DNA of 63,803 nt, filler included, from Conidiobolus incongruus B7586 (Eukaryota): NCBI GenBank assembly GCA_000697335.1. It is 19 parts of 19 records of this genome, joined end to end, with 100 filler letters (N's around TTAATTAATTAA, not from the genome) between each part and the next. Parts side by side here need not be neighbours in the genome. Positions count along the whole stretch, not along the records: positions 1 to 6,477 come from JNEM01004391.1; positions 6,578 to 13,174 come from JNEM01004392.1; 17 more parts are not named here. One strand, 5' to 3'. Of the stretch, positions 1 through 11,630 are shown piece by piece. Position 1 is the stretch's first letter. Every line of letters begins with the position of its first letter. The position numbers and the translations under genes are program-made. The notes below the pieces were generated by a model. That model did no database searches. It was not told the origin of the DNA and saw only the letters and a program-made list of their open reading frames with translations.

Positions 1-149
1 AGTTTTTTTTTGAACTTTAGTTAATTTATAAGGCACTTATTTTATATTTTTATTGATTAGTTTTAGTTTGAACTATTATATAAATAATATATCTATATAG
101 CTAATATTAAAATAATTTGATAATTTATTAATTAAAATAAAACAAAAAA

Positions 150-181
<32 letters not shown>

Positions 182-255
182 CATTCTTTTAAAATCAATA
201 ATATTTTTAAAAAAATAGAAATTAAAAAATTTTAATATTTTTCTTTTCAATATTA
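1..255 (-). mobile_element. internally deleted fragment of the mariner-like family
   Basis: Bases 1-60 match 32480-32535, and about 150-250 resembles the (TA)n-containing left end seen at 32930-33067. Confidence 0.55.
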
Positions 256-532
256 AGGCAATATTAATTAATATTATTTTAAAATTTTTTGAAATATATT
301 ATAATTTTTAAATTAATATTTAAAATTTGATAATTCAAGTTAAAAAAAATTTTTTTAATATAAATTTAGTTGAATTAATTAAAAGAATACAAATATATTA
401 AAATATACATCAAGGGTTAAATTATTTTACCATTAATGATTTATTGATAGATTAATTAATTAGTATTTCATATTGAATTTACAATTATTAATAAATTTAA
501 GTTTTTATCGAATAGTCAGTTAAATACAATAA

Positions 533-1627
533 TTATTGGGATAAAATTTCTTTAAATTTTAAATCCTCTAAAAGCTCTTGCTGCAAGCTCGATCTTGCTT
601 TCAATCTTTTGGAAGCGTCAATCTGTACAAGTTGAAAGTAGTCTGGAGGCATTTCTTTGGTAGGTATTGTGACAGAGTCTCCAAGTTGCAAATAGTCTGG
701 CAATCTGCAGAGAATATCTGTATTGAGAACAATAATGATAGGAACGAGAAGGACATGATGTTGGTAGTAAGAACCAGGAACTTGGTACCTGAAGACTATT
801 TCAACATTGTGACGCACTTCAAATAGCTCGTGTGCTATGGAAGGTACAAGGATATTCTTAACATGATTTGTTAGGATTGGAATTTTCATAGTTGTGTCAA
901 TTACAGCTGCAGGATTTTTGGGAACATGTTTAACTTGATTGAAGCGAATTACTTTAGATGATATTGCAGTGTGATTTTCTGAATCAATGAGAATAATTTT
1001 TTGAAGGATATTAGCTTCAACTGAGATTAAATGGATGTTGGAGAAGGGATTTACATGTAATTTAAAGTCTATATCATCTTTGAAATTGAAATATCTCTTT
1101 TCAAAAGCCATTTGTAACGAAAATATGTCAAGAGTGGTGTTCATGAAAGTGTAAGGACTGGCAAATGTCGATGTCTGAACTTTAGCAGAATAGCTAGATA
1201 TTTTAACAGGGTGCTTGTGTGTGACAACTTGTGATTCTGTATAGTGTTTAGCTATGATGTAATATTTTACTTTAAATGACTCACATGAGATAGAAGGAGG
1301 TAAATTCCTGGGAATTGCAAACTCGAAAGCAAGATTAGCTATTGTATCTCTAGTCAATTCAAAAGACTCATCAATCAATTCAAGTTGATTTTCAAAGATG
1401 TTAATTTGCTTTATCTGAGACATGTTAGACGATGGACACAGTATACCAACTAATTCAAGGTTCAATCTAACAACTTTGGAGTTGCTTGTTGCTTTAATAG
1501 AAACAATTCCCTGGACAGAGTCGTTCAAATTGTCCGTGGAATCCTGTGTGAGCAAAACACCATCGGTAATTAATTGAATGCTCAACTCAACGGGATTCCT
1601 GTTTAGAATATATGCCAATCGCTTCAT
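533..1627 (-). CDS. alpha-arrestin-like adaptor protein (ART/ARRDC-type), intronless
   Basis: 364-aa ORF with an arrestin-N-like beta-rich pattern (VQGIVSI...FEFAIPRNLPPSI...KVKYYIIA), an arrestin-C-like segment (VPSIAHELFEVRHNVEI) and C-terminal PY motifs LPDY and PPDY. Confidence 0.75.
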   Translation of the reverse strand: MKRLAYILNRNPVELSIQLITDGVLLTQDSTDNLNDSVQGIVSIKATSNSKVVRLNLELVGILCPSSNMSQIKQINIFENQLELIDESFELTRDTIANLAFEFAIPRNLPPSISCESFKVKYYIIAKHYTESQVVTHKHPVKISSYSAKVQTSTFASPYTFMNTTLDIFSLQMAFEKRYFNFKDDIDFKLHVNPFSNIHLISVEANILQKIILIDSENHTAISSKVIRFNQVKHVPKNPAAVIDTTMKIPILTNHVKNILVPSIAHELFEVRHNVEIVFRYQVPGSYYQHHVLLVPIIIVLNTDILCRLPDYLQLGDSVTIPTKEMPPDYFQLVQIDASKRLKARSSLQQELLEDLKFKEILSQ

Positions 1628-4600
1628 CTAAATTATATAATGATTAATTTAATTAAGGTGAAATAATAAGATATTTGACATGTTTATATACTTAATCTCG
1701 GTAAAATATTTGTAATCATTAAAATCCATTTATTAAGCTATTTTTATTTTGTTTATGATGAATTGTTTTTAATTTTGAATTATTATTAATCATGTTGGGG
1801 AAAGGGACTATTAATAGTTATTCTCATTAAAGCTATAATTGTTAAATGGTGCCTTCTTTATTATAATTTAATCGTTATTGAGAGCTTAATCTGGCTTGTA
1901 TTTGGCCAAAAAAATTAAATATTTTTACCAACCCTTTTTATTCAATTCGAATAAAGGAATAGATTGCAGGAAATCAGTAATAATAGATAATTCATTCAAG
2001 GAAGACTTAGGGTACTCCAGATGATTAGAAATTATAAGCTTTTATTTACACTGTGTCTAGGCTCCTCACCTGTTTAACCAAATTTAAAGTTTTAAAAATA
2101 ATGATGAATTTGCAATATTTGAGACAAAGTTTATAATGTACAGCCAATCATTCTCAGTCAACTTGCGATTAACTTTGCAATCTGGAAACCACCCTTTTTT
2201 AGGATTCAACTCTCCTAGTAACCAGCTTCAATTATTTGTAGTAAAATTATTGCATCATCTCTTATTATAAATTTAGTCCAATAATAATATTAGCAAATAA
2301 TCAATTTTATTAATAAATCCATGATTAAATTAGGCAACGACTCCCAATCATTTACTGAATACAGTAACCTACTAATTTGGTGAATTTATTAAACAAATCC
2401 TTATTCAGATATATTGAAAGAAATTTTTGATCAGTTTTAGGTGGATTGAAAAAAAATAATAAATTAGTAATTTTGTTTAAAAAAATTCATCTTTTTTGTT
2501 AAAAAAAATCTAGTATAAATTTATCACAGAATTCTGGATTGGATCCCTTACATAATAATTAATATCTAGAAGTTGTGCTTTTTCGGTTATATTTCATTTA
2601 GTAATAAAATTCAAATGGTTGAAGAACTTGATTACATTATAATCAACCAATATACAATAAATTGAATATGGATAATTTTTTAAATTATATTATTTAAATC
2701 CATTTAAGTTGTTTGTACGATATACTAGATATTTCTATTTGTGTCTATTCCAAGAATTTAAGGTGAGTGTTTTGAGTACATTACTATTAATTTGCAGTCA
2801 TATTGTGTCAGGTCATTATTTGGGATTCAGCTGGTTAATGAACTGATATTGTTTGATAAGGTACTTATTTCGATTAGATTCTTTGACAGGTTGACAATAT
2901 AATCAATGGTGATTTGATTAGTTAAGTGACATGTGATATCTTTGAAATATTGATTTCTTTTGATAGCATTGAATATTATAAATTTCAAGAAAAAATGTTT
3001 TATGCAATTTTAAGTCAAATTATGATTTATCTATCATAACACGATAATATTACACTAAGACTGAAATATTTTCTACATACACATCACAAAAAATGTGTTA
3101 AACTCACTCTACAAACTAATTATCCTTTTTATTCTGAAATTTTATAACTTTAGTTAAAATATTTAGAGAATGGACTATAATAAGGACATTTTGTAAATAA
3201 ATGGTATTAATATTCAGAATTTAAAAATGTTGATAGATTGTCTTTAATGCTATAATATCATAATATTATGATATTCAATATATATAACCAAGTATAAAAA
3301 CGACAAGAGCTTTTACACAATATCCCTAGGGTAATTAATATATATTTGATATATTCAATCCAATTGATGATTCTTAAGTCATAAAATATCAACTATATCG
3401 AATAATATATATTCCTGATTTTTCATATTACAAATTATACTATAAGCTTTATTTGATAAACTCAACATAAACTTCATATCTTAAATATCAAAATTTAATA
3501 TTCATAGAAATACTTGAGTTTTAAAAAATATTCATTAAACATTAATACACAGTATTGTCATAGTATAATATTTTAATACTCTTTTCAATGCAAAAAATAT
3601 TTATTATTGAGCTTTAATTTCATTTATTTCTTATAAATAAATCTACTTGTGATTTTATCACCATTTTCCAAGACCCTAATTATATTATAAACATTATATA
3701 TTTATTAAGAATAAATAGTTTTGCAATTTATTAAAGCTACATCCTTGAATAACATTGTTTATATTTAATATTTTTAAAAGTCTAGATATATAACAAAATA
3801 TTATTATAAGTTTATTACAAGCTCTAAAAGATGGTTGATGCAATGACATAATATCATTCAACATTATTAAATAGAATATAAAATTTAACTTTGATGCTCT
3901 AAACAATGTTTATAGAATAGTTGAATAATATATTCAATGTTTTTGGTATGAGTTTTATGATATATTCTTAATTTAATAGATTTTCTATTTTCCTCAGTCT
4001 GTCTAAAGTATGAAACCAAAATCACAAAAAGACAACTGGATATATATTTATTTCTTCAAATAGTATCATAAAGATATTTTTAATAATTAGTTAATTTTTC
4101 TAAATTTAACTAATCAGATAATTTTAAAATTTAGCTGTGCTTATTTTTTATCATTTTTGAGTACTTAATTCTAATTAAATCATATTCTTATAATACTTTA
4201 ATAATCAAATAATTTTGTGAAAGGGTAGTGGAATCAAAATATTAAGGGTATATTTTGATTATGTAATAATCTCTAGATATTTAAGTTAATTTTAATTCTT
4301 ATATTCAAAATATCAAAAATAATCTAAATAAGGTATGGACATAATTATTTAGACAATCTTTTAATTTTTATTAATTTTTTTTAAACAAAGCCATATTAAT
4401 ACCAATAGAATTTATATATATCTTTATAATTGATATGATGAACAAATATAAAAGCTCTCATTAAATTAATAAGTATACTTTTTTCAAATATTTGGTATAT
4501 TTGGTGATTTAACATATTATATATATATATATTAACTAGAGTTTATTAAATATAATTCATAAATACATTTGATTGTGTTTTTGTTTTTATTATGAATAAT

Positions 4601-5064
4601 TAATTTTTAATATATATTTAATTAAGTTTATAACCTGAATAAAGTTTGGAAATATAGAATTATAATATTCTAGTTTATACTCTAATAATATGTTATCTAA
4701 ATCTATATATTAAGATCTAATATTAAAATAACACAATTATAAAAACTTTTAATTTTACTAAATTTTTATAAATATTAAAGTTAAGCTTTGATATTTTTTA
4801 CATCATTATTAAACACTGTTATCATCAATTTATTTCTGCCACTTGTGAATATTATTAGATATTATAAAAATCAAACGATTATATTGAATGGTTATTTAAA
4901 AAAATTAATTTTATATTTTAAATAAATTATATCTTTGGAAGTTAAGAAATTTTCTTGAATTAAGTAATTTGATTTCAAAAATATGAATTAAAATTTATAC
5001 ATCATTGTGATTATCGATTAGAGAATTATTATTTAAATTAAGAAAATATATTAAGTACAAACGT

Positions 5065-5148
5065 TGTTGACAGCGAGATTGGAGCTCATGCCCCGTTACC
5101 TGGAAGAGATCTTAAGTCACTCACCTTGGACCGCTTGGTCAAATCAGC
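5065..5148 (-). pseudogene. degenerate tRNA-Leu(UAA) gene
   Basis: Reverse complement GCTGATTTGACCAAGCGGTCCAAGGTGAGTGAC-TTAAGA-TCTCTTCCAGGTAACGGGGCATGAGCTCCAATCTCGCTGTCAACA has a class II layout (84 nt, long variable arm) with TAA anticodon. The T-loop is corrupted (GCTCCAATC instead of GTTCGAATC) and the acceptor and anticodon stems contain mismatches. Confidence 0.8.
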
Positions 5149-5843
5149 ATATTTCATTATTCAACTGTATTCTTAAGGGATATAATATTAAGTAATTTAT
5201 TTGAATTTTTTAAAGTTTATCCTTTTTATGTAACTATCTATCTTATTTAAAGTAATCATATATCTAAATATTATTTTATTTACAATTATTTTTACTTGAT
5301 ATATATTTTTTTTCTTCAAAATAAGATATTATATAATATTAATAACTATATCTATACCTTTTCAAACGACCTATATAACTTTATTTTACTATATTAACAT
5401 ATAATATTAATTCCTAAATTTTTATATTTAAAAATATTTTTATCAAATTTAATAACTTAATAATATAATAATTTTTTTTAAAAAAAATTAATTAACTTTT
5501 AAAACTATAATAATTAATCAAACAAAATTATATCATATAATATTAATAACAAAAGATGATTCTGCTAATCCCTAACTAATATTAAATTAATAATAAACAA
5601 CATAATCTATAAAAAAATAAATTGCATAGTTAGAAATACATGCAACTGTGAAACTGTTATCAAACCCAAGAAATACAAGTTTTACATTAAACAATCCAAT
5701 AACAATTGAACCTAAATTAGAAAATAGAAATTATTCTTAAAAATAGGTGATAATGTTAGTAATAGTAAGGCAGCGGATTGGGTAAAGATGATTATTAAAT
5801 AATAAATAAGAATATTTGAGTTAGTGAAATAATTCCAATTTTC

Positions 5844-6476
5844 TCAGTCATAGGCTGGAGGTAAGTCCCATTTCATATGAGTGTCATTGGCGACTTGGTA
5901 CTTGGGTAATTGGCAAAACTGGTCCAAATCGCATCGAGTAATGGTGATCGGGAGTTGAATGAAGTAGATACGAGAGCTTCTAACTGATGTCTGATAATGA
6001 ATAAATACTTGCAGCTTGTGACTGATTTTAATGGTCTCGCTTAAAAAGTCGGGCTGAATCGGATGATCTGAATTCGTAAGAGGTACTATCAAATGTACTT
6101 GGTCCTCTTTCTCTGATGGTCGAGTGTGGGTCTGGGTGCCAAGCGACAAATTAAGCTTAGTATTTTCGGAATTGATTGCATTGTCTGTCAATCGAGTAGT
6201 AGTTTGGACGAGTTCAAGAGTTAGGTGACTGTATTTACAACCATTGAGCCATTCAATTAAGATATTCAAGTCAATAGTCCCATCCAAACTGACAGAACTG
6301 GAAACCAACTCAGCAGAGTAATTAAAGCATTCCGGACGTTCGCCTAAGTGGTGGAAAGGAAAAGGATCAGAGTAAAGTTTAAACTGATCCAGATTAACGA
6401 TTTCAATGGGGTAGCTAAAATCAATTAGTTTAGATTTGTAACCATGCAAATGAATTTGCAGTTGGTACTGAATATT
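5844..6476 (-). CDS. second alpha-arrestin-like protein, 5'-truncated by the assembly gap
   Basis: The frame stays open upstream of the listed TTG up to the gap (NIQYQLQIHLHGYKS...). It has an arrestin-C-like QPDFLSETIKISHKLQVFI...LPITI segment and terminal PY motifs LPKY and PPAY. Confidence 0.7.
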   Translation of the reverse strand, partial: NIQYQLQIHLHGYKSKLIDFSYPIEIVNLDQFKLYSDPFPFHHLGERPECFNYSAELVSSSVSLDGTIDLNILIEWLNGCKYSHLTLELVQTTTRLTDNAINSENTKLNLSLGTQTHTRPSEKEDQVHLIVPLTNSDHPIQPDFLSETIKISHKLQVFIHYQTSVRSSRIYFIQLPITITRCDLDQFCQLPKYQVANDTHMKWDLPPAYD

Positions 6477-6477
6477 C

Positions 6478-6577
6478 NNNNNNNNNNNNNNNNNNNNNNN
6501 NNNNNNNNNNNNNNNNNNNNNTTAATTAATTAANNNNNNNNNNNNNNNNNNNNNNNNNNNNNNNNNNNNNNNNNNNN
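6478..6577. other. artificial scaffold linker (first of 18)
   Basis: Identical 100-nt N-TTAATTAATTAA-N spacers start at 6478, 13175, 14828, 18392, 19925, 26242, 32051, 33186, 38234, 41642, 47469, 52343, 54413, 57195, 58304, 59553, 60942 and 62703. Confidence 0.97.
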
Positions 6578-8099
6578 AATAAATTTTAAAATATTATAAT
6601 TTCATTATTTTAATTAATATTAAGGTCATTATAAAATTATATTTAGTTAGAATTATTTGAAAATCAAAAATAAAGTATCATTTATTATATTCACTGAAAG
6701 TTATTATTATTAAATTATTTATAAAAATAAATAATTTTATATTGTAATTATTTTATAGAATTTATATATTTCAACTTGAATAAATATAATATCTATAAAA
6801 ATAAGAGGAAGCCTTAATCATAATAGAAATATAATAATTATCAAAATATTAAAAGCATTATTTTTATATTTAAATATAAGGATTAGTAATAAATAATATT
6901 TACAATAACAGATCTTATAAGATATTAAAAAGACTCTTAAATAAAGAAGGAAGCATATTTATTCACTCAATCAACGATATTAGTAGAATAAAATTGCATT
7001 TAAGTTGGATTGTAATATATATTGACATAAAATATATGAATGACAAAATATAAAAATAAAGCTATATAAGAAATTTGAGAAATTAATCCCTTAATAATTA
7101 GTTTATAATAGATTTTATCCATAATTATTACAAAACTATTGATTTTTTCTGATATATCGGTGTTTATATATTTTGCATAATGTCAAATAAAATAATCAAT
7201 TATTGATAAATTATATTAAATAAAAAACATTCTTATGTTTGACTCAAATAAGGGTTTTGTTTTAAAATAGTTAAAAGTTAAATATTAAGAAAATTAATTT
7301 TGAAATTTATCCTAGAAATATATTTACCATATAAATCATTTTCTGATTACATTTATTCAATAATTTCATTAATTATATATATGTATACCCAATATAAAAT
7401 GTAGTTTGGTCATATAAAAACTTTAATATTATTTTAAAAAGAACTTATGTAATACATTTTAACAGTTGAATGAATTGATAATAACTAGGTATAGTAGATT
7501 AATACTAGAATCGACAAGACTGAGTGAGGTTGCAGAGGAAGCTGAACCGAGTTATACCATCAACAGATAAATTATTCCAAGGTCACGTGCATCTGCTCCT
7601 ATTCGATTGAAGGCGATTAACTATTTATACGAAAATAAATGAAATTACACATGTGGGATTTCATAGAATGATTATGAATTTGGGGCAGCAGGTTAAAAAT
7701 ACTTAATATTTTGGATTATTCAAAAACCAATATTATATTAATATAACTTGAAATTAGAAAACTAAGCAAAGATCCATTTAGAAAAAATTCAATCTTATTA
7801 TAAATGTAAAAATTTTGGAAACTATTTCTAATTTTGCTATAAAGTATTATATTAAATTAAATATTTTAAATTTTTCGATTTATTCATTATAACAAAGTCT
7901 TGAGAGTTTTTATTCAATACCTCAAATTAGGATATCTATTAATAATTAGAAATCTTAAAATATAATTATTTCTTGTAATTAATTATTCATCAATTCTATT
8001 TTAACTTCTATTAACTTAATTATTTTTGATTTTATAAAATCAAGTAAAATTTTTAGCTTTCCTACTAATGCTATAAGTTGATAATAAAATATATGTTAA

Positions 8100-8435
8100 T
8101 ATTGCGGTTACCTAGGTGGTAGCCCTCGCGAGCATCTTTACCTCACCATCTATTTCCTTATGTAGATGTTACCCCGGAAGGCCTATCACTCAAAGGTCTC
8201 ATTCATTAGAAGACATATCTCACCTCTAAACACTATCTTTAGCTGACAATCGGACTATAAAAGAACCGAGGTCATAAGTCTAACTACGGGAGGTCAGTGA
8301 ATCTCTCACAAGATAACAATATTTTTTTCATCTTCTCAATAAAGCTTCTGATATAGTACTGCCACTTACTGTCAGTAGCTTATCTACCTCAGCTACTTGC
8401 TTTATGCATTGCTACCGACCAACATTGCAGTAATA
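8100..8435 (+). mobile_element. putative solo LTR (~335 bp)
   Basis: Sharply bounded GC-richer non-coding island. Ends TATTGCG...GTAATA form a short imperfect inverted repeat that could derive from TG...CA. Internal TATAAAA at 8256 and AATAAA at 8338. No clean target-site duplication (TSD). Confidence 0.5.
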
Positions 8436-9579
8436 TTCTTAAATAGATCCTTTAAGATGACACAATTATCAAAATCTTTTTTTTGTAAAAATGTGCTTTT
8501 AAAGAATTCCAGACTTTGACTTTGTGATTTTTGAATTCAAAATATTTGATATATGATTCAATGCATATCAAGTTTGTCATTCAAAAACAAAAAAAATTAA
8601 TGCAGACAAATTATTTCAAATATTAAATTAGGGATCATATTAATATTTTTCAAATTGACCTTATTCCTTTTAATAATGTTTTAACATATTTGGGCTGCGA
8701 GCAGATAGTTTATGAAGAAATCAATTTGAATGTGAATTATTTAATCAATCAATTTTAATACCTAATTAATATAATTTAAAATATTATTCAAATATTGTAA
8801 TTCAGCGAAAAATAATTAATATTTACACGAGATTCAATATTTGCCCTAAATATGAAAATAAATCTGTCAACTTTCAGTGAATCAAACATATGCAAATATC
8901 TATAAATAATAGGTTAATAGTACCAAGGTTAAAAAAGGTTATTATGTAGTTTAATTAACTTGATATTAGCAATCGTCATGTATTGAAAAATTATCTAAAC
9001 AACAGCTAGATTATTAAATCGCCTTAATTTGGAACATTAGAGTATATTAAACAACACAAAAGTATACAAGGTTTGATATATTGTATGGGAAAACCTGCAT
9101 AACAATATGCATTATTCAATAACACCACTCTCACAAAGCAAACACAAATCACCTAATTCAAATCTTGATCAATTAAATGTAAGTAATTATTAATTTGAAT
9201 CTCTGTCAAACTCACCTAACTACCTGATGAACATCTCCATTAATTTATATAGATTCCCCTAAATTGGATATTCTAATTATTAAAAATATTGTATTTGGTT
9301 TTAAATCAACGGTTCTTAATATTTTATCCAAGTTAAAAGTGTTCTGATAATATATATTCCCTAGTTGTGTCATTTTTTTCATATTGTTATATTTATAATT
9401 ATTATGAATTTACAAATTCTAGAATATGATTGGCTCGTCTCAATTCCAAAAATACTAATAATTCAAGTATTTACTTGATTCTATTTTAATCGGATTAATA
9501 AGTTGTTGGGCGGTTACTTTAAATTAATTCATTTAAATTATCCACTGGATTTGAAATATAAAGACATTAAGGATCTTGA

Positions 9580-10623
9580 ATGCTAATCAGGTTGTCATTA
9601 TTATATTCATTCAAAAAAATTACTATGATTACAATTTTTCATGTGACGGCAATATTACATCCAGTTGGGATAGTATGTGCATCACTTGTACTCGTTACTT
9701 TACTAGCACTAACAATCTACGATAGAAGTTTAGTGAATCGAGTGACTTTGCGATTGATAGGAATGGTGGCAGTAGCTGATATTTTTACTCATACTAAGGA
9801 CTATCTCATAAAGAATTATCGCTATGACAACGGCCTCTGCGTATTCATTTCGGCATTTACCTATTTTTCAACATACTTGTATTGCTTTACCAACATTGCA
9901 GTCGCTTACAATTTCCAGAGGACATTTATTCAAAATAAGACTACCTCCTTCAAGTTTGAAATTTTCACTTGGATTGTAGTAATCACTGTGAGTTTAGGTA
10001 TAACTATTGCATTTTGGTTTTTGGGAACTTTTGGATTTGATCCAGTCCAAAAAAAGTGTGTCGGTATTTCCAACAATTGGGTATTCCTCCTAAGAGGCAA
10101 CTTCCAATGGATTTTATGTGGATTTACAGTTTTATACTGTACAATTGTTACAGTCATGATTCATATCAGTTTGAGATCTTACGTTACAGCTTACTTAAGT
10201 TCCAAATCGTTTGACACTAGCAATGAGTCCAGACATCGCAAAGAAATTACTCAACTCATTCAGCGTGGTTTACTCTATCCCCTCTCTCCCATCATAACTC
10301 AACCACCCATGATTGCTTATATGTCCTACTACCTCCTACACAATAACAGCACCGACTTCATCCAATGGTGGCTTGGCATCTGCTTTGGCCTCTCAGGCAT
10401 CTTAACTTTTATTGCATTCTTCATCGATGTCACGCTACAAAAGGCGCTCAAAACGGTCTACTACCAGCTAAGATACAGGGGACGTCGCGATCTCGATCAA
10501 TTAGAGTATTACGATGTAGAACCAACCATTATAATGGGTAACGATATTAATGGTAAATGTGATTACGAAATTATTACCTTTAAATCGGATGAGGAATTCT
10601 TGGATTTGACGAGAGAACTTTAG
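9580..10623 (+). CDS. seven-transmembrane GPCR, cAMP-receptor/Git3-like; the true start may be the ATG at 9625
   Basis: 347-aa intronless ORF with about 7 hydrophobic segments, NRVTLRLI after TM1, Cys at the start of TM3 and in ECL2 (KKCVG), LLYPL in TM6 and GILTFIAFF in TM7. Confidence 0.75.
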   Translation: MLIRLSLLYSFKKITMITIFHVTAILHPVGIVCASLVLVTLLALTIYDRSLVNRVTLRLIGMVAVADIFTHTKDYLIKNYRYDNGLCVFISAFTYFSTYLYCFTNIAVAYNFQRTFIQNKTTSFKFEIFTWIVVITVSLGITIAFWFLGTFGFDPVQKKCVGISNNWVFLLRGNFQWILCGFTVLYCTIVTVMIHISLRSYVTAYLSSKSFDTSNESRHRKEITQLIQRGLLYPLSPIITQPPMIAYMSYYLLHNNSTDFIQWWLGICFGLSGILTFIAFFIDVTLQKALKTVYYQLRYRGRRDLDQLEYYDVEPTIIMGNDINGKCDYEIITFKSDEEFLDLTREL

Positions 10624-11630
10624 GTAGTTGTTTAATTTTTTTAATTTAATAATAATTGTATAAATTCTTATATTTTTCATAGTATCAATTATTTAATTTA
10701 TTTACATATTTCTAATTAAAGATTTGTATTGCGAATTGTTAAATTTGAATGTTTAATATTGAAACTAAATCACAATTCAAAATTGCAAATATAAAATTCA
10801 TTAATAATTTATTAATAACAAACTTTCTTGGAATTATAATTTGAATTGATCAATGAATAAAATTCAAAATATTGATATTCTATTAATAAAATTTAAATTA
10901 TTTTCAAATCATTTTAATTAGTTTGCATTTTATAATTTTTATGATTTTTGAATATATGCTTTATGTTAAATACGAAATTAATAAATATTCATATTTGAAT
11001 TATACAAACGAAATGAATATTTAAATATCTTTTGATTCGAAATAAATAGAAATAATAATATTATTACTAAAAGTATTTCATAATATAAAATTCAAAATAA
11101 ATTAATGTAAATGAGTTATAATTACTTTAATAATAAAGCCAAAATCATAAATGATAAATCAATATAAATATTTTATATTTTTAATAACTAAATAGGCCTT
11201 CTTAAATTACTATATAGCTACTGTCAATAAAACAACGGGTGATTTATAAGTTAGGAAAAGAAAATTCAAGAGATATAATATATACAATGTGAATAATTAT
11301 TTAGAAAAACAAAATATATTATTTGGTATTTGGTAGTTCCAAAAGTGATTTCGTGTATTAAAATTAAATATAATTGTATAGATTATTGCTATATCCTTGT
11401 TAGTTTAATAGTGTGTTAAACAGGCATAAATGTTCAAATATTTCATAATATTTAAATAAATATATTATAAATTTTTACAGCACTTTTAATAAAAACCAAT
11501 GAAATTTAAAATTATGGAATTTTAAATTTTCTAAGATAAATAAAAAATATTTTGAATTTTATATATATTATTTTTAAAAATAATTATTTTATTTTTATAT
11601 TATCAAATCAACTTTTAAATTAATTTAATA

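Noticed and set aside
578..826. Short antisense or overlapping ORFs (578, 9930, 22219, 23136, 23416, 23678, 27948, 28350, 29162, 29294, 39522, 48764)
   Set aside because: Shadow frames of real genes or pseudogenes, with no recognisable motifs.
6522..6533. TTAATTAATTAA recurring 18 times like a regularly spaced repeat or array
   Set aside because: Always centred in N runs with identical layout; an artificial six-frame-stop linker. Adjacency across these gaps is uncertain.
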